A DNA stretch of 64,000 bases from positions 4,588,001-4,652,000 of the forward strand of contig JBHGNT010000015.1 in assembly GCA_043228905.1 (NCBI GenBank), given 5' to 3'. This document shows, in pieces, positions 62,819 to 64,000 of the stretch; positions within the stretch are counted from its first letter, which is position 1, and each line of letters starts with the position of its first letter. The notes beneath the pieces are model-generated. The model searched no databases, was not told the origin of the DNA, and saw only the letters and a program-made list of their open reading frames with translations. The translations under genes were made by a program, and so were the position numbers. This DNA comes from Azolla caroliniana. Taxonomy: Eukaryota; Plantae; Polypodiophyta.

Positions 62819-63510
62819 CTCCTTGCCACCCGTCTTCACGTCGGGTTCACCAACTGTGTCGTGCCTTTCGGCTCCGGATCGTTGCGTGAGTCGGGTGGGA
62901 ACCACAGAGGTCTTGGACTAGGAGAAAGAAATTCGTGAGATAGAGATTAATTATGAGTAAATAGCAAAGAGAAAGATAAGAAACTCGTGAATCACACGAG
63001 TATACTATATTAATTGGTACTTAGGGTGTTAAGAGAGAAGTAGACGTATAAATCGTGAATCCCACGAATAATTTTTGTATTGATTAATCCTTAATCCAAA
63101 TAATCAACAACTCTTTACATATTTCTCTCCTCCTTATATAAGGAAGGAAGAGCTAAGCATGGCTTCATGCTTTTTTTTTACAAAAAGTGTTCATGTCCAC
63201 TAAATGTGCATGTGATGCTTTTTTATTTCCTAAGTATAGGGCTCATGCACGCTAGATGTGCATGAGTTATTTTTAGTGTCTCGTGTTTTTTCTTTTTCAT
63301 ATATTAAAGAATACACGATTTACCTTTTAATAAAGGTATGCATAAATAAAGGTCTTATACATATTAAATCTATATTTAAAGCACTTAAGATAAGTTAATG
63401 TAATGGTAAGGTTGGGGTTTGTCAACGTGGAGGTGCAGAGTTTGAATCACGCCCTGCGCAGTAGTGAGTATTTCCTTTCTTTTTACATTTATGTCTCTTT
63501 ATCCGGCTCT

Positions 63511-63652
63511 TCCTTGCCGGTATGCCGTTTTCTTCCTTGCCGGTATGCCGTTTTCCTCCTTGCCGGTATGCCGTTTTTCCTCCTTGCCGGTATGCCGTTT
63601 TCCTCCTTGCCGGTATGCCGTTTTTCCTCCTTGCCGGTATGCCGTTTTCTTC
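63511..63652. repeat. 23-24-bp tandem repeat in the LTR (6 copies; 4 copies at ~57014-57108)
   Basis: CCTTGCCGGTATGCCGTTTT(T)CYT units. Confidence 0.95.
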
Positions 63653-64000
63653 CGGTTCTCCCCGAGCACTCCATTCTCTATCCGGAGGGACAAAAATATA
63701 ATTTTCACATAGTGTGCAACCTACACTATGACAACGTATAATAAATAAAATAAAATATTAAAAATATTTATTACGTGCATAGGGTAGGATTCGAACCCTA
63801 TACCTCCACATCGACAAACCCCAACCTTACTGTTGTACTAACTTATCCTAAGTATTTTAAATATAGATTTAATATGTATAAAGCCTTTATTTACGCCTAC
63901 CTTTATTAAAACGAAAGTCATGCATTTTTTAGAATGCGTGAATACTTTATTTATAAGAAAAATGTACACCAATAAAAAATGACTCGTGCACATCTAGCGA

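Larger units (their letters stand above)
56359..63733 (-). mobile_element. Young full-length Ylt1-like (fungal-type) Ty3/Gypsy
   Basis: LTRs 62857-63733 and 56359-57189, 4-bp TSD ACGT, PBS TGGTGAACCCGACGTGAA (tRNA-Trp), PPT GGAGGGGGCGAG. Confidence 0.95.
56295..64000 (+). mobile_element. LTR of a related Gypsy family (56295-56358 plus 63738 to window end), split by the Ylt1-like element
   Basis: Starts TGTCGTAG. Region 63780-64000 is an inverted, diverged homolog of the neighbouring LTR (ACAAACCCCAACCTTAC; TATAGATTTAATATGTATAA). Confidence 0.75.

Noticed and set aside
63775-63850. Functional tRNA gene
   Set aside because: A B-box is present but the acceptor, anticodon and T stems do not pair properly; it lies within an LTR.

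Overview
Eukaryotic nuclear DNA, most likely from a seed-free land plant. About 85% of the window is nested LTR retrotransposons. The left end holds two paralogous minus-strand snoRNA clusters (1-380 and ~4900-5600) with box C/D guides complementary to 25S and 18S rRNA. These are followed by a 231-bp tandem array and one intact host gene, the mitochondrial ATP synthase subunit f (ATP17-like, 10046-10330). From ~10.6 kb onward is a deep retroelement nest. Its best-resolved part, with matching LTR pairs and target-site duplications (TSDs), is a Copia containing a Tnt1/Tork-like Copia, which contains a Tcn1-like chromovirus, which contains a young Gypsy. The most unusual items: (i) that young Gypsy has an intact 899-aa extra 3' ORF preceded by a splice-acceptor-like signal, and has a conserved GC-rich motif where the polypurine tract (PPT) should be; a diverged second family member shares the ORF domain and the motif; (ii) a fungal-type (Ylt1-like) Gypsy with a tRNA-Trp primer site, 4-bp TSD, a probable -1 frameshift after the protease and a tRNA-like segment in its LTR; (iii) a probably self-priming chromovirus; (iv) a hairpin enclosing the PPT, conserved across diverged Copia LTRs; (v) a C/D snoRNA candidate pointing at an 18S site for which I know no guide. 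Family names and rRNA/tRNA matches come from recalled sequences and motifs, not database searches.
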